Assembly (NCBI GenBank): GCA_020851395.1
Contig: JADZCW010000013.1
Coordinates: 1 to 40,027 of the forward strand
Source: Phycisphaeraceae bacterium
Lineage (GTDB): Bacteria; Planctomycetota; Phycisphaerae; Phycisphaerales; Phycisphaeraceae
Direction of reading: 5' to 3'
Length of the DNA stretch: 40,027 nucleotides
Made by a program: the position numbers and the translations under genes. The notes under the pieces were generated by a model. That model was given only the letters and a program-made list of their open reading frames with translations, was not told the origin of the DNA and did not search any database. Position 1 is the stretch's first letter; every line of letters starts with the position of its first letter. This document shows, piece after piece, positions 9,446 through 18,615 of this stretch.

Positions 9446-12103
9446 TCAAGGTTTGGGCGTGTCGATCCGCAGCGTCACGATCTCGAATGCGCCGACGGGC
9501 ACAGTGCGTTCATCGTCGGTCGACGCCGGCACGTCCGCCCCCGGCTCACCGAGCAGGTCCGCTCGTTTCCACGTCGAGCCCTTGAGCGCGCCGTTGAGGT
9601 GGACGATCAGGTCGCCGGCCTTGTCAGAGGATTCATACGCCCGCAGGAGATAGCCCTTGCCGTCGTAGGTCCGCTCGAGCGTGCTGAAAACCACGCGATC
9701 ATCAGGCCAATCGAACCAACTCATCGTTCCCGGCAGCGCCGTTGGCAGTGTGGAGGCTTGCTCGCCGGCCGCCTCGACCTTCACCACCAGCGGAGGCTGA
9801 TTGAGTTCCTGGGCCAAGCGCTCAGCCCCACCTTGCCGCCAGTCCCCGTCGTGCCCGCGCAGGCGCCAGACATACCGGCCCGTGCCGCTGCTGCCCTGCC
9901 AGAGAGATCGGTAGAAGCGATTGGGCTTCTCCTTGTCTCGGAAGACGTTGGCGTAGGGGGCCTCTTGCGCCCAGGTGATCCCGCCCCCGGAGGGTGCGTC
10001 ATTCCACAGCGTCAGCCAGCGCGGCTGGACCATACGGGCGCCGAAGAAGTTCTCCAGCGGCGCGTGCCAGGCCTCGTTATAGACGCCGTACCACATCCGG
10101 GCGTCCGCCGCCGCCACGGCGCTGCTGGCGTTCCGCGCCGTCGCCGGCTCCAGACGGGGCATGGCCCTCGGCGGTTCGATCGAACCCCACGGCACGCTGA
10201 CCCGGGCCAGGGCGTCGTCGCCGGCGGCCAGCTCCAGCGTCGCGAAGTACATCGGGCCCGGTCGCAGCATCGCCTGGGCCTCGGAGGAGCGCATCTCCGG
10301 CGTCAGTTTCGGTGCCCGGCCGCGCTGGCCCGAGAGCTCGATCTCCACGAAGTCACTGCCCTGCCCCAGACGCACCACCAGGCGCGTCGGCGCGCCGCCG
10401 GTATCGCCCTCGACCGTCAACTCGGCCGCGTCGCCCGCCATCCGCGTGCTGACCGACCGCGGGGTCATCGCGGCGTCGAACCCCGCGAGCAGCTGCCTGG
10501 TCTTCTCGAACTTCTCCGGGCTCATCCGCTGGCCGGCGTCGGCGGCGAGGAAGTACTCCGCCCGCTCGACGCCCATGGCCTCGACGTAGCTGCACCGCAC
10601 CGTCAGCACGCAGGCGTCCTGCACCGGCGACAACAGCTCCCGCCCCTTGAGCTTGTCATAGACCCGCGTCAGGCCGGCCTCCTCGCTGGCCTCTACCCGG
10701 TAGCGAGCGTTCTCGATCACGCCGTCCTCGGCGAGCAGCTCGCGTGCCCCACGCTCCTTGGCTGGCGGCAGCACGACCCACCCCATCGCCGGCAACTCCA
10801 CCTCTTGATATTCCTCCCCGATCCGCACGATCTCCTTCCGGGGGTGAGGCAGGGTGTTGAAGACGACGGTTCCTCCCTCGGGGGCGATGCGGTGGGCAAG
10901 CTCGTTGGACAGACGCTTACGCATCGCCTCGGACGCGGCGCGCGCTTTGCCGGCCTTGGCTTCGAGCGTCCGCTGCCCCTGGTCGGTAAAGGCCCAATTG
11001 TGCGTCGAGCTCTCCATCGCCAGCCGCCAGGCGGCTTCGACTTCCTCCTGGCTCAGCCCCTCAAGCCCCAGCCAGTCGCACCAGACGCCCAGCGTCTGAG
11101 CCTGAGTAATGGTGTTCTCGAAGATCGCCCGATCGCGCGCCAGGTTCCAGACCCGGGCGTAGAGGATCTCGCCGTGCTCGGTGTGGCCACTGAGCGCGGG
11201 GATCGTCGCGCCGCCGTCAAGCTCCTGGCGGAGCTTGGCGAAGTAGTCGGCATAAGTGCCCAGGACATACTGAGCCTTCTTCGAGCAGTTCTCGTCGGCG
11301 TTCCAGCCCCCGACGAACGCGCAGAGCTTGTCCAACGGCGGCATGGCGTCGTCCCAGCCCGGCCCGCCCTCGGTCAGCAGGAGCAGTCGGCCGGTCGGGA
11401 TCGAACGCAGGCCGCGCTGCCCCCCCGGCTCACCCTCGGGCCAGCCCCACGGACGATCACTCCCGAATTCCTCAGCCATGTTGTAGTTCTGGGCGTTGTA
11501 GAGCAGCCGCGAGCCGTCGAGGCCCACGAACCACGCGTTGCCCGCGAAGTCGCGCCCGCCGGCCGTCAGCGACGGACAGCCGCTCTTGTACGCGTGGTAA
11601 TACAACACACCGCTGCGCACCATCACCTGGGCGAGCTGCGGCGTGACGTCCGAGAGCTCACCATTGTCCGCCACGGCCGGCCAGACGCCCAGCTTCTCGT
11701 GCAGCCACCAGCGCGACCAGGCGATCTGCCGGACCAGGTGCTCACCGCTCAGCTCGCTGTAGTGCGGGTTGGTCCAGTTGACGCAGACCTCGATCCGCCC
11801 CTGCCGCACCAACTCGGCAAAGCGATCCGCCAGCTCCGGCCGGGCCTCGAGGAACGCCGCCGTGGCCGAGGCGATCTGCACGCTGAAGCGCGCCGTCGGG
11901 TCCGCCTCGCAGGCCTCGACACCCTGGGCGATGCACTCGACGTACCGCTTGTACGACCCGGCCGGCGGCTGGGTGAAGTCGATGTCCATGTGCGTCGTGG
12001 GGATCAGCACCACCGTCATCGGCCGACGCTGCTGCGCCTGGGCGGATGTCACCGCGGCAAGAAGGGTCAGCACCACAAACACTCCTGATTTCCAGCGTGA
12101 CAT
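9446..12103 (-). CDS. secreted glycoside hydrolase family 38-like protein (alpha-mannosidase-like)
   Basis: Signal peptide MSRWKSGVFVVLTLLAAVTSAQA. N-terminal VVLIPTTHMDIDF...RQGRIEVCVNWTNPHYSELSGEHLVRQI...VADNGELSDVTPQLAQVMVRSGV follows the GH38 N-domain pattern (HxHxD..., Gr.e..gG.w...de...e..irq, D.fG). GGAG lies 8 nt upstream of ATG 12103. The CDS call is firm; the family call is moderate. Confidence 0.75.
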   Translation of the reverse strand: MSRWKSGVFVVLTLLAAVTSAQAQQRRPMTVVLIPTTHMDIDFTQPPAGSYKRYVECIAQGVEACEADPTARFSVQIASATAAFLEARPELADRFAELVRQGRIEVCVNWTNPHYSELSGEHLVRQIAWSRWWLHEKLGVWPAVADNGELSDVTPQLAQVMVRSGVLYYHAYKSGCPSLTAGGRDFAGNAWFVGLDGSRLLYNAQNYNMAEEFGSDRPWGWPEGEPGGQRGLRSIPTGRLLLLTEGGPGWDDAMPPLDKLCAFVGGWNADENCSKKAQYVLGTYADYFAKLRQELDGGATIPALSGHTEHGEILYARVWNLARDRAIFENTITQAQTLGVWCDWLGLEGLSQEEVEAAWRLAMESSTHNWAFTDQGQRTLEAKAGKARAASEAMRKRLSNELAHRIAPEGGTVVFNTLPHPRKEIVRIGEEYQEVELPAMGWVVLPPAKERGARELLAEDGVIENARYRVEASEEAGLTRVYDKLKGRELLSPVQDACVLTVRCSYVEAMGVERAEYFLAADAGQRMSPEKFEKTRQLLAGFDAAMTPRSVSTRMAGDAAELTVEGDTGGAPTRLVVRLGQGSDFVEIELSGQRGRAPKLTPEMRSSEAQAMLRPGPMYFATLELAAGDDALARVSVPWGSIEPPRAMPRLEPATARNASSAVAAADARMWYGVYNEAWHAPLENFFGARMVQPRWLTLWNDAPSGGGITWAQEAPYANVFRDKEKPNRFYRSLWQGSSGTGRYVWRLRGHDGDWRQGGAERLAQELNQPPLVVKVEAAGEQASTLPTALPGTMSWFDWPDDRVVFSTLERTYDGKGYLLRAYESSDKAGDLIVHLNGALKGSTWKRADLLGEPGADVPASTDDERTVPVGAFEIVTLRIDTPKP

Positions 12104-12167
12104 AGGTTGATCTCCAGCCCGGATGCAGGTTCCGGCGCCATGTTCTTCTGACAAACAACAGCCGCAC

Positions 12168-13208
12168 TCAGCCCAACAGCCCCCGGCACGCGCCGACGTA
12201 GACGTCCGTCAGCGTGGCCGCATCAACCGATGCGCCGCGCAGGTGGGCCGTCGATTCCTTGGGCAGGCTCGGGTCGACCATCGACAGGTCCGGGTCCACG
12301 ATCGGGCTCGGGCCGTCGTAGTCGGTCTCGAGCAGCGCGCGCAGGGCCCAGAAGCGCGAGGCGAACAGGTCGAAGCTCAGGTTCGCCGGGTCGGCCACGA
12401 TGTCCGTGCCGAACATCACGCGTCCTGGGTTGCGGGCCAGGAAGTCCCGCAGCACGTCGGCATGCTTCGAGAGTTCGCGCACCATCCACTTGGTGGCCGA
12501 GGTGTCGACCCGTAGACGCGGCCAGCGGTCGAGCAGGCCCTGGAGGAAATCCAGGTCCTCCGGGCTGCCGGCCATGTGCGCGGCCCACCAGTCGGCGTCC
12601 GGGAACATCGCCAGCATCCGCTCGAACCGCGCGTAGTGGTCGCGTTTCGTGCCGTACTTGCCCGCGTCGGCGTACTTGGTGGCGAACCAGGTGTCCGGGT
12701 CAGCCACGTGGACCATCAGCGTCATGCCCAGCTCGCGGGCGAGCCTCATGCTCCGCAGCCGGATCGGCGAGTCGATCCACATCTGGTCCCACTTGTCCAG
12801 CCCGCGCGGGGCCGCCCAGAACTTGCAGACCTTCACGCCCTTCTTGGCGAAGGCCTCGATCCGCCGCAGCCAGTCATCGCCCATCGCGTGCAGCCAGTCG
12901 GTCGCCCAGTAGTCCGGCACGGCGATGAAGGCGATCCGCTTGCCGAATTCGTCACGGATGGCGTCGACCTCCTCCAACGGCGTCATGGACCAGACGCGCT
13001 TGGTGCCGTAGACCTCCGCCGCCTGCATGTAGGCGCGGGCTGAGGCGAGGTTGCGCAGGTGGACGTGGCAGTCCCAGACCTCTCCGCGGTAGGGCAGGCG
13101 CGGCGCCTCGGCCCGGTAGTCGATGCCCAGCCGGTTGGCGTCGCTGATCGGCGCCCGGTGCAGGGCAGGCTGATAGCCGGCAAGACTCGGCATGGTCGAA
13201 TCGGTCAT
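12168..13208 (-). CDS. amidohydrolase-2 (TIM-barrel metal-dependent hydrolase) family protein
   Basis: VWDCHVHL (HxH metal motif), LMVHVADP, HMAG and VMFGTDI are the typical PF04909-like metal ligand series. ATG at 13208 is preceded by GGAAGAGAGAG. The track start at 13244 is a TTG. Confidence 0.8.
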   Translation of the reverse strand: MTDSTMPSLAGYQPALHRAPISDANRLGIDYRAEAPRLPYRGEVWDCHVHLRNLASARAYMQAAEVYGTKRVWSMTPLEEVDAIRDEFGKRIAFIAVPDYWATDWLHAMGDDWLRRIEAFAKKGVKVCKFWAAPRGLDKWDQMWIDSPIRLRSMRLARELGMTLMVHVADPDTWFATKYADAGKYGTKRDHYARFERMLAMFPDADWWAAHMAGSPEDLDFLQGLLDRWPRLRVDTSATKWMVRELSKHADVLRDFLARNPGRVMFGTDIVADPANLSFDLFASRFWALRALLETDYDGPSPIVDPDLSMVDPSLPKESTAHLRGASVDAATLTDVYVGACRGLLG

Positions 13209-13501
13209 GGTCGCTCTCTCTTCCAAGCCCTCAATCTTAAACAATCACCCCGGGGAGTTGGGACCCGAGGTGGGGATCCGGTGGGCTCCTGAGGCCGACG
13301 GGAACATCTTGACGGCATCCCTATGCCGACGTCGTCGGTGAACCACGATCAGAGCACCGTTAGGACAACGTCCGAAAAAGGTTACACGCTGTGCCGGGGT
13401 CATTTCGTGCATGGAATTCTCCGATGTCACGTTCATCTTCTTGACGGCCGCGCTGCGCGACCGTGCTTTCACACAAGGATCACCTGGGCCTCTAAAGACC
13501 T

Positions 13502-14404
13502 TTGACGCACGGGGTTGACGCCATTTTCGACCTGCTGTTCAGAAAACCTCGACCTCTGGCCGTTGCCGAATCACCTCGGGCGGCCATCAAGCTCGTCGCC
13601 CTGGACGTCGACGGCACGCTCCTGTCGTCACAGAAGAAGCTGACCCCGCGCGTCATCCGAACGATCGAGCGCGTGGCGACGCGGGGCGTGCGGCTCGTGC
13701 TGGCCTCGGCCCGCCCGCCACGGGGGTTGATCACGCTGCACCAGCAACTCGGGCTCGACACCCACCTGGTGTCCTACAACGGGGCCCTGATCATCGAGCC
13801 GGGCAGCCACCACGTCCTGGAACATCGCCCGCTGCCGCCGGCGCTGGTTCAGCAGATCATCGAAGTCGTCCGCGGGATCGAGCCGACGACCTGGTTTGGC
13901 CTGGACAACCTCGACGCTTGGAGGGAAGTGCCCGTCCCGGCCGTCGTGTCCGCCGCTCAGTCACCGGCCGACGCCGTGCCCCAGCTCGACCTGGGGATGG
14001 GTGTCGCCGCGCCGCCCGCGGAGTTCGTGGATCAGCCCGCTACGCGCCTGCTCTTCCAGACCACAGCCGAGCGGCGCGCCGACGTGGCCACGGCGCTGGC
14101 CGAGCGCTTCGCCGGCCGGATCAACGCGGCCATCACCGACAACCACGTCGTGCAGGTCCAGCACGCCCAGGCCGACAAGGCCCACGCCCTGGCCCGGCTC
14201 GCTCGGCACTACCACGTGCCCCGGCAGAGCGTCATGGCCATCGGCGACGCGCGCAACGACCTGGGCATGCTCCGCTGGGCCGGCCTGTCCCTGGCGATGG
14301 AGAACGCCCCGCCGCGCGTCCGCAAGGCGGCGCACGCCGTCATCCCCTCCAACGACGACCACGGCGTCGCCCACGCCCTCGAGCAGTACATCCTCGAGGC
14401 GTGA
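13502..14404 (+). CDS. Cof-type HAD-IIB family hydrolase
   Basis: LVALDVDGTLL (motif I DxD), LASARP (motif II), and AIGDARNDLGMLRWAGLSLAMENA (motif III/IV). TTG at 13502 is the only canonical start between the upstream in-frame stop and motif I. Confidence 0.85.
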   Translation: MTHGVDAIFDLLFRKPRPLAVAESPRAAIKLVALDVDGTLLSSQKKLTPRVIRTIERVATRGVRLVLASARPPRGLITLHQQLGLDTHLVSYNGALIIEPGSHHVLEHRPLPPALVQQIIEVVRGIEPTTWFGLDNLDAWREVPVPAVVSAAQSPADAVPQLDLGMGVAAPPAEFVDQPATRLLFQTTAERRADVATALAERFAGRINAAITDNHVVQVQHAQADKAHALARLARHYHVPRQSVMAIGDARNDLGMLRWAGLSLAMENAPPRVRKAAHAVIPSNDDHGVAHALEQYILEA

Positions 14405-15394
14405 TTGCCCCTGGACCTCGTCCGGCGATTCTCGCGGGCCTTCGCCCATTTCCGCCGACGTCCGCGATCTGATTACACTAGAGACGTGGCCACCGATCCG
14501 CCCCAGCCCGGCCCGCGTCTGCCCTGGAGCCAGGGACCCTGTCTGATGGGCGTGCTCAACGTCACGCCGGACTCGTTCTCCGACGGCGGCCGGTTCGGCG
14601 ACAGCGTCGGCGCGGCCGTCGAGCACGGCCTGACGATGGCCGGACAAGGCGCGGCGATCATCGACATCGGCGGCGAGTCGACGCGCCCCGGCGCCTCGTC
14701 GGTATCCGAGAGCGAGCAGTTGCGGCGTGTGCTGCCGGTGGTCGAGGAGCTATGCCGGGCGCTCGACGCGGCGCATCTCGGCGACGTCCTGATCAGCGTG
14801 GACACGACGCTCCCCGAGGTGGCACGGGCCGCGCTCGACGCCGGCGCGCGGATGCTCAACGACATCTCCGCCGGGCGGCATGGCGGCACCGCGCCTTCCC
14901 GCCCCGACGCCATGCTCGACCTGGCTGCGGCCCGGCACGTCCCGATCGTGCTGATGCACATGCTCGGATCGCCCGCGACGATGCAGCAGGCGCCGACGTA
15001 TCACGACGTGGTGATGGAGGTCCGACAGTTCCTGCTCGAGCGCGCCGCGGCGGCGATGGATCGCGGCCTGCCGCGGGATCACGTCGTGCTCGATCCGGGC
15101 ATCGGCTTCGGCAAGACGCTCGAGCACAACATCGCGCTCCTGTCTCGTCTCGACACGCTCGTGGTCACGGGGCATCCCGTCCTGATCGGCGCCAGCCGCA
15201 AGCGCTTCATCGCCGGGATCAGCGAAGCGTCGACCGGCATCTCGCCGCCGCCGGATGATCGTCTCGGAGGGACCTGCGCCGCTACCGCGTTGGGCGTGCG
15301 CACGGGCGTGCGGATCATCCGCGTGCACGACGTGCCCGCGAATCGACAGGCGATGGACCTGGCCGCGGCCGTGCGGCAGCACTCGCCGATCTGA
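14405..15394 (+). CDS. folP: dihydropteroate synthase
   Basis: MGVLNVTPDSFSDGGRF, IIDIGGESTRPGA, SVDT, NDISAG, MHM, DPGIGFGKT and GASRKRF are the complete DHPS motif set. The start is uncertain: TTG at 14405 abuts the upstream stop, or GTG at 14486. Confidence 0.9.
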   Translation: MPLDLVRRFSRAFAHFRRRPRSDYTRDVATDPPQPGPRLPWSQGPCLMGVLNVTPDSFSDGGRFGDSVGAAVEHGLTMAGQGAAIIDIGGESTRPGASSVSESEQLRRVLPVVEELCRALDAAHLGDVLISVDTTLPEVARAALDAGARMLNDISAGRHGGTAPSRPDAMLDLAAARHVPIVLMHMLGSPATMQQAPTYHDVVMEVRQFLLERAAAAMDRGLPRDHVVLDPGIGFGKTLEHNIALLSRLDTLVVTGHPVLIGASRKRFIAGISEASTGISPPPDDRLGGTCAATALGVRTGVRIIRVHDVPANRQAMDLAAAVRQHSPI

Positions 15395-15927
15395 ACCGGA
15401 GCGCCGCCGCATCGAGCTAGCACGTCGGCCGCGATTATGGGACGCAAAAAGCATCCAGCGGCATTACCATCGCCTAACGCATTACCGGACGCAGCGTACG
15501 GATTTCATTCGCAAGATGTTGTTTTATCTGATCTTAAAGAACTAAACAGTCGCCCGACATTCCTTCAAGAGTCCAAGCCTCGCTGGGCGATATTCATGGT
15601 GTTCGAGCAGCACGGCGTTCGTGAGGCCGTGAGTGCGACGGATGACAAGTACAGAGCTAAACCCCGCGTGGCCAAGCGTAGTTCCTGCCGGGCCAAGGCC
15701 GGCTTCGTCGGCAGCCTAAGCCACGCAAGGGACCTTAAATAAGGTGAATCAGCCCGTCTGGGGTCGCGCGGGCTGACGGGACATACCCGAACCAAGACTT
15801 AACAGACGACTCGTATTTTGAGCTGAACGGTTTTCTCCGACCGATACGGTTAGTGAGGGAAGTCCGATAGAATCCCTCGCGGCGGAGATAGTGCGCCGAG
15901 CGAAGTGCGAGTCCAGGAGATTCGAAG

Positions 15928-16200
15928 ATGAGTGAAGTTTCCCCCCTGTCCAGACCCAATGCCCCGGCCCTGACGCCCAACGTCAAGCCGGCCGACGCCA
16001 AGGTGGCCATGCCCGCCAAGCCCGCCCGCTCAGACCAGGCTGACTTCTCCGCGGCTGCACAGCTCCTGGGCCGGCTCGACCAGATCCCCGACACCCGCGA
16101 CGAACTGATCACCCGCGTCAAGCAGGAGATCGCCCTGGGCGCCTACGAGACCCCGGAAAAGGTCGACGGCGCGATCGAGGAACTGCTCAAGGACCTCTGA
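15928..16200 (+). CDS. flgM: anti-sigma-28 factor FlgM-like protein
   Basis: A 90-aa protein with a disordered Ala/Pro/Lys-rich N-terminus. C-terminal DTRDELITRVKQEIALGAYETPEKVDGAIEELLKDL fits the FlgM C-terminal pattern (..kV..ik..I..G.Y.vd...ia..ll). AGGAG lies 7 nt upstream of the ATG. Confidence 0.7.
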   Translation: MSEVSPLSRPNAPALTPNVKPADAKVAMPAKPARSDQADFSAAAQLLGRLDQIPDTRDELITRVKQEIALGAYETPEKVDGAIEELLKDL

Positions 16201-16241
16201 TCGCCGGCTGACCCGGGGATTCCAGAATAGATCCACCCACG

Positions 16242-16271
16242 CCGCCCGGTTCGTCCGGGCGGTTTTCTTTT
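16242..16271. terminator. rho-independent terminator (flgM; between convergent flgM and uppS)
   Basis: CCGCCCGG (16242-16249), loop TTCGT, CCGGGCGG, then TTTTCTTTT. It lies 42 nt after the flgM stop. Confidence 0.65.
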
Positions 16272-16295
16272 CAGGCGCTCGATGTGACAGGGGGG

Positions 16296-17129
16296 CTACG
16301 CCCGGGGCTCGACGACCTCGCCAAACTTCCGCGTTCGCCGGGCGTAGGCCCGCAGGGCCTCGTGAAGCTGGACCACGTCAAAATCGGGCCAGCAGACGTC
16401 GGCCACGTAGAGCTCAGCGTAGCTGCTCTGCCAGAGCAGGTAATTGCTCAGGCGCATCTCCCCAGCCGTGCGGATCAAGAGGTCCGGGTCCGGCAGGCCG
16501 GCGGTGAAGAGGTGGTCGCTGATGACGCCCTGGTCGATGGCGGAGGGATCGAGCTCGCCGGCCTTGACCTTCCGGGCGATGGCACGGACGGCGTCGGTGA
16601 TCTCAGCCCGCGAGCCGTAGTTGACCGCCAGGGCGAGGGTCAGGCCCGTGTTGCCGGCCGTGGCGGCCGTGGTGCGGTCGATCATCTCCAGCACCGTCGG
16701 CGACAGGCCCTCCCGCCGGCCGATCTGCTTGAACCGCACGTTGTTGGCCAGCATCGTCGGCAGCTCAGCCTCGAGGAATTGCAGCAACAGCCCCATCAGG
16801 AACTCGACCTCAGCCTTGCTGCGCAGCCAGTTCTCCGTCGAGAAGGCGTACAGCGTCAGGACCTCGATGCCCAGCTTGGCGCACTCGGTGACGATGGGGT
16901 TGACGTTGCGGGCCCCGTGCTCATGGCCGTAGACGCGGGGCTTGCCCTGGGCGCGGGCCCAGCGGCCATTCCCGTCCATGATGATCGCCACGTGGCGGGG
17001 CAGCGATTTGGCGTCGAGATCCACAGCCCCCGCCGGGCCCGGCTGCGGCCGCGGTTCGATGGTGGTGGTGGGCTTGGTCGATCCGGACATGACGGATTCG
17101 CCTCGGGGGTCGCCTGATTCTATCGCCAC
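16296..17129 (-). CDS. uppS: di-trans,poly-cis-undecaprenyl-diphosphate synthase (isoprenyl transferase)
   Basis: PRHVAIIMDGNGRWA, LTLYAFSTENWLRS, LIRTAGEMRLSNYLLWQSSYAELY. The start is GTG at 17129 (4 nt after the purA stop) or ATG at 17090. Confidence 0.92.
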   Translation of the reverse strand: MAIESGDPRGESVMSGSTKPTTTIEPRPQPGPAGAVDLDAKSLPRHVAIIMDGNGRWARAQGKPRVYGHEHGARNVNPIVTECAKLGIEVLTLYAFSTENWLRSKAEVEFLMGLLLQFLEAELPTMLANNVRFKQIGRREGLSPTVLEMIDRTTAATAGNTGLTLALAVNYGSRAEITDAVRAIARKVKAGELDPSAIDQGVISDHLFTAGLPDPDLLIRTAGEMRLSNYLLWQSSYAELYVADVCWPDFDVVQLHEALRAYARRTRKFGEVVEPRA

Positions 17130-17133
17130 AACG

Positions 17134-18510
17134 TCAACGGACGAGGATCTGGTCCCGCCGTCGGCCCACGCAGGCGAGGATCACCGGCACGCCCACAAAG
17201 GCCTCGACCCGCTTGATATACGTCTGGGCCGGCCCCGGAAGTTCGCCGAAGCTCGTGCATTCCGCCACGGGTCGGCCAAAGCCTGGCAGCGCCTCGTAGA
17301 CCGGCTCAACCTGCTTAAGCACGTTGGCGTCGGCCGGAAACGAGGGCAGGTCGCGCCCCTTGTAGCGGTAGCCCACGCAGATTTTCAGCTCCGGCAGCCC
17401 CGCCAGGACGCTCAGCCCCGTCGCCGCGATGCCCGTGCAGCCGCTCAGCCGCGCCGCGTAGCGCACCGCCACCAGATCGAGCCAACCGCAGCGGCGCGGC
17501 CGGCCCGTGGTGGTGCCGAACTCGTGGCCGGTCTGGCGGATCTGCTCGCCCGTGGCGTCGTGCAGCTCGGTGGGCATCGGCCCGCCGCCGACGCGGCTGG
17601 TGTACATCTTGACCACGCCGATGATGTCGCCGACGCGCCCGCCCGGCACGGCCGAGCCGGCATAGATCCCCAGCGACGAGCAGTTGCTCGAGGTCACGAA
17701 GGGGTACGTGCCGTGATCGACGTCCAGCAGGCAGGCGTTGGCCCCTTCGAACAGGATCCGTTTGCCCGACTCCATCGCGTTGTGCAGCAGATCCGTCGTG
17801 TCGCGGATGTGGGCCCCGAGCTGCTGGCTCCAGGCGGCGCACTGCTGATAGATCGCCTCGGCGTCAAAGGGCTCGAACGCCTGGCCGTAGCCCGACGCCA
17901 GGGCGCCGAGCATATGGTTCTTGACGTCCACGATATGGCGGAGCTTGTCGCGCAGAGCGGGCAGGTCGAGCAGCTCGCCCATGCGGACAGCCGTGCCGCG
18001 CAGGGCCTTGTCGGCGTAGCAGGGGCCGATGCCGCGCCCGGTGGTGCCGATCATCTCGCCGCCGCCGCGACCTTGATTCAGGGCCTGCTCGAGCAGCCGA
18101 TCCTGCACCTTGTGGTAGGGGAGCACGACGTGGGCCCGGTCGCTGATCAACAGGTTGGGCCCGATGACCACGCCGCGCTCGCGCAGGCCCTGGATCTCGG
18201 AGAGGATCGCCTCGGGGTCGATCACCACGCCGTTGCCGACGACGTTGATCGCCTTGGGGTTGAGGATGCCCGAGGGGACCAGGTGCAGGGCGAACTTCTG
18301 CTCGCCGATCAGGACGGTGTGCCCGGCATTGGCCCCGCCGTTGTAGCGGACTACCAGGTCGAACTTCTGCGTCAGGACGTCGGTGATCTGCCCCTTGCCC
18401 TCGTCGCCCCATTGCATGCCGATGATCGCCGCGTGCGAGCCCCGCAGCGTCAGGCGGTCGAGATTGCTGGCGGCTGGGTCAGCGGTAGCGGCGGTGGGGG
18501 ATGTGGCCAT
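17134..18510 (-). CDS. purA: adenylosuccinate synthase
   Basis: GMQWGDEGKGQITD, RYNGGANAGHTV, GTTGRGIGPCYADK and TTGRPRRCGWLD are the full-length PurA pattern. AGGAGG lies about 8 nt upstream of ATG 18510. Confidence 0.95.
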   Translation of the reverse strand: MATSPTAATADPAASNLDRLTLRGSHAAIIGMQWGDEGKGQITDVLTQKFDLVVRYNGGANAGHTVLIGEQKFALHLVPSGILNPKAINVVGNGVVIDPEAILSEIQGLRERGVVIGPNLLISDRAHVVLPYHKVQDRLLEQALNQGRGGGEMIGTTGRGIGPCYADKALRGTAVRMGELLDLPALRDKLRHIVDVKNHMLGALASGYGQAFEPFDAEAIYQQCAAWSQQLGAHIRDTTDLLHNAMESGKRILFEGANACLLDVDHGTYPFVTSSNCSSLGIYAGSAVPGGRVGDIIGVVKMYTSRVGGGPMPTELHDATGEQIRQTGHEFGTTTGRPRRCGWLDLVAVRYAARLSGCTGIAATGLSVLAGLPELKICVGYRYKGRDLPSFPADANVLKQVEPVYEALPGFGRPVAECTSFGELPGPAQTYIKRVEAFVGVPVILACVGRRRDQILVR

Positions 18511-18615
18511 CGGCGGCTCCTCCTGGCAGGTGGGACACAAAACGACTTATTTTACCAGGTTTCGTCGTCGCCGACCGTGGTCTGGAAAAGGACTTTTGTC
18601 AGACGATTTGGGCCG

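Noticed and set aside
9356-12088. 910-aa + strand ORF covering the same DNA as the GH38-like gene
   Set aside because: The product is overwhelmingly Arg/Pro/Gly/Ala/Leu-rich with no recognisable motif. The opposite-strand product has a signal peptide, balanced composition and a GH38-like motif series. This is a typical antisense shadow ORF of high-GC DNA.
13303-13450. Two copies of ATCTTGACGGC-like sequence (about 13305 and about 13436) in the amidohydrolase/HAD divergent region, considered as promoters
   Set aside because: The -35-like TTGACG is present, but no acceptable -10 hexamer follows at 16-19 nt in either case. This is too weak to report as a feature.
15437-15742. 101-aa ORF in the folP-flgM gap
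   Set aside because: Third codon positions are frequently A/T, in contrast to all confident genes. No RBS or motif was found. It is not annotated as a CDS, though a horizontally acquired small gene cannot be excluded.
15395-15927. Possible tmRNA, RNase P RNA or SRP RNA in the long folP-flgM gap
   Set aside because: GAGGGAAGTCCG (15855-15866) superficially resembles the RNase P P4 GAGGAAAGUCCGGGC, but it is just one arm of a local hairpin 60 nt before flgM. The rest of the RNase P core (e.g. ACAGAACCCGGCUUA) is absent. A small frame ending ...ASSAA-TAA (stop at 15717-15719) resembles a tmRNA tag end. However, no tRNA-like acceptor/T-arm (GGUUCGAAUCC...CCACCA) or 5' GGGG...UUCGAC is present on either strand. 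No GGAA-tetraloop SRP domain IV was found. The region is kept as an unassigned finding only.
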